Below are positions 62,298 through 64,000 of a stretch of 64,000 bases of DNA, in pieces. The position numbers and the translations under genes are program-made. A model generated the notes under the pieces. The model saw only the letters and a program-made list of their open reading frames with translations. It did not search any database and was not told the origin of the DNA. The first letter of the stretch is position 1. Every line of letters starts with the position of its first letter. The stretch lies in the NCBI GenBank assembly GCA_965246715.1, contig CBDFFH010000046.1, forward strand, positions 54,227-118,226, given 5' to 3'. This stretch comes from Chamaesiphon sp. Lineage in GTDB: Bacteria > Cyanobacteriota > Cyanobacteriia > Cyanobacteriales > Chamaesiphonaceae.

Positions 62298-62936
62298 CTA
62301 CACCGCTAACCCAACTTTTGTATCGATCATCGGCACGAAACCAGGAAGTCGCTCGATCTGCGTCAGCCATGCTCGGATCTGGGGATAAGGCTGAAGTGAG
62401 ATATCGCCTTCAGGGGCGTGTGAAATATAGGAATAGCAAGCAACATCAGCGATCGTCGGCGCATTACCAACCAGAAACTGTTGTCTGGCAAGGTGGGTTT
62501 CCATTAGTTTAAACAGATTATCGGCGATCTGCTGAGCGCGATCTTTATCTAGCTTTGCGCCAAGGATGTTAACGAGCCGAGCTGCGGCAGGCCCATTGGC
62601 AATCTGGCCCGCTGCGACCGACAGCCAGCGTTGAACTCTCGCGGCACCCTCTGGGTTGCTGGGAAACCAACTAGAGTCAGCATATTTCATGGCCAGATAA
62701 ACCAAAATCGCATTGGAATCGGCGATCGTTACTCCACTATCGTCGATCGCAGGAACCTGCCCGAAGGGATTGATGTTCAGGAATTCTGGCTGCTTGTGTG
62801 CGCCTGCGGCTAGATCCACATCGATCGCCTCGAATGGCAAACCGAGAAGCGATAGCAACAGCTCGACGCGATGGGCGTGACCGGAAATAACATGACGGTA
62901 CAATCGAATCGGTTGCTGTGGGTGATTTTTTAACAT
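62298..62936 (-). CDS. Glutathione S-transferase
   Basis: SGHAHRV, NPFGQVP, DSNAILVYLA, PTIADVA. Confidence 0.93.
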   Translation of the reverse strand: MLKNHPQQPIRLYRHVISGHAHRVELLLSLLGLPFEAIDVDLAAGAHKQPEFLNINPFGQVPAIDDSGVTIADSNAILVYLAMKYADSSWFPSNPEGAARVQRWLSVAAGQIANGPAAARLVNILGAKLDKDRAQQIADNLFKLMETHLARQQFLVGNAPTIADVACYSYISHAPEGDISLQPYPQIRAWLTQIERLPGFVPMIDTKVGLAV

Positions 62937-62961
62937 GGTATTCTTCCCCTACGAGTGGATT

Positions 62962-63015
62962 TGCTACTGTACCGAACGAACGGTACAGTAGCATCTTAAC
63001 CGAACGAACGGTACA
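62962..63015. promoter_or_regulatory. Probable TetR operators (two copies)
   Basis: Perfect palindrome tgctactgtaccg-aacgaa-cggtacagtagca (62962-62993); repeated core ACCGAACGAACGGT at 62999-63012; between divergent gst and tetR. Confidence 0.8.
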
Positions 63016-63055
63016 ATGTCAAGGAACGAGTCAAACATCCCGATCGAGTAACCAA

Positions 63056-63637
63056 ATGTCTAAAGATACAGCAATTGCGGAACTGCTGACGGTATTTCAG
63101 CGGTACGGCTATGAAGGTGCAACCCTCGCAAAGCTATCAGCAGCAACAGGGCTAGGGAAAGCTAGCCTCTATCACTATTTTCCCAAGGGTAAAGAAGAGA
63201 TGGCCGCAGCTGTGTTGGATTATCTCGATCGCGGGTTGCAAGAAAATATCCTGGCACCGCTCCACAGCGATCTGCCACCAATCGATCGGCTGATGGCGAT
63301 GACCGATCGGCTCGATGAGTTTTACTGTCATGGCTCGCAAGCATGTCTGCTGGCACTGCTAAGCGTTGGTGAAGCGCACGATTTGTTTCAACCTCAGATC
63401 CAACGTACTCTTACCCTCTGGATCGATGGCTTGACAACAGTAGCGATCGCGGCAGGTATCGCTCCACAAACCGCTCGGCTGCGAGCTGAGGATGCAGTGG
63501 TACAAATTCAGGGGGCACTGGTATTGGCACGGGGATTGAACGATCCAACTATTTTCCGACGAGTGTTACAACGTCTCCCAGCAATACTGTGCAATTCGCG
63601 CTTGCCACTTTCTCAATCGCCGATCGGGAAGTCGTAG
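63056..63637 (+). CDS. TetR-family regulator
   Basis: FQRYGYEGATLAKLSAATGLGKASLYHYFPKGKEE; ATG at 63056. Confidence 0.93.
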   Translation: MSKDTAIAELLTVFQRYGYEGATLAKLSAATGLGKASLYHYFPKGKEEMAAAVLDYLDRGLQENILAPLHSDLPPIDRLMAMTDRLDEFYCHGSQACLLALLSVGEAHDLFQPQIQRTLTLWIDGLTTVAIAAGIAPQTARLRAEDAVVQIQGALVLARGLNDPTIFRRVLQRLPAILCNSRLPLSQSPIGKS

Positions 63638-63696
63638 CTGTTTGAATCTCGGATTGTATTATTGTATTGAGAAAGTTTATAATTACGAATAACAAG

Positions 63697-64000
63697 TTAG
63701 GACATTACTGGATGGCTGAGTAACTTGGTGATTTTTCTGAGCAACTGTTCGGGATTTACTTGTTTCCACAGATAATCATCGATATATTGCTTGACAGCAG
63801 GACTGAAAATATCTTCTTTTGAGGCGATCGCGAGCATACGGGTATCACCGATCGTATTAGAATTACGAATATTATGAATCAATCGATCGACTATTTCCGG
63901 ATCGATCGTCAGATCGATAATGAGTAAATCTGGTTGAAACATCGATATTTGTCGAAATGATGATTCGGCAGAGAGCAACCATGTCACTTGATATCTAGCA
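63697..64000 (-). CDS. C-terminal receiver-like domain (gene starts beyond the window)
   Basis: PDLLIIDL...IDDYLWK.VNPEQLL.KI. Confidence 0.75.
   Translation of the reverse strand, partial: ARYQVTWLLSAESSFRQISMFQPDLLIIDLTIDPEIVDRLIHNIRNSNTIGDTRMLAIASKEDIFSPAVKQYIDDYLWKQVNPEQLLRKITKLLSHPVMS

Noticed and set aside
62918..63055. TetR N-terminal extension
   Set aside because: Spans the operator region and the gst start

Overview
Cyanobacterial chromosome segment. It is saturated with the HIP1 core CGATCG and carries ntcA, a PlmA-type GntR and flavodiiron flv3/flv1; gene style suggests a Chamaesiphon-like organism, but this is unverified. Most of the window is housekeeping: glyA, ntcA, fabI, tRNA-Cys, folB, tRNA-Phe, lysC, rimI, gatA, an MFP plus two RND transporters, ftsH, flv1/flv3, actP, map, recR, lipA, ppsA and a GST/TetR pair. 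The main accessory feature is a ~13.2 kb element (3449-16704) integrated in tRNA-Cys(GCA) and bounded by a 46-bp att duplication. It encodes a tyrosine integrase split by an IS5-family insertion, an AlpA/Xis-like protein, a primase-polymerase/DUF927 replication protein with an internal iteron array, an SF2 helicase, an RHH regulator with a complete -1 frameshift signal, and two tandem small-terminase-like paralogues. It has no capsid or large terminase, so it looks like a phage satellite. Other notable signals are several unrelated 11-bp-period triplet repeats in the element, a GxxExxY nuclease cassette with 53-bp inverted repeats centred on a strand-composition flip, nested ~45-50 bp hairpin elements inserted at CT/AG in REP-like repeats, a probable ATT start for recR, and an ADP-ribosyltransferase-like remnant between the RND genes. 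All assignments come from reading motifs; no database searches were run.
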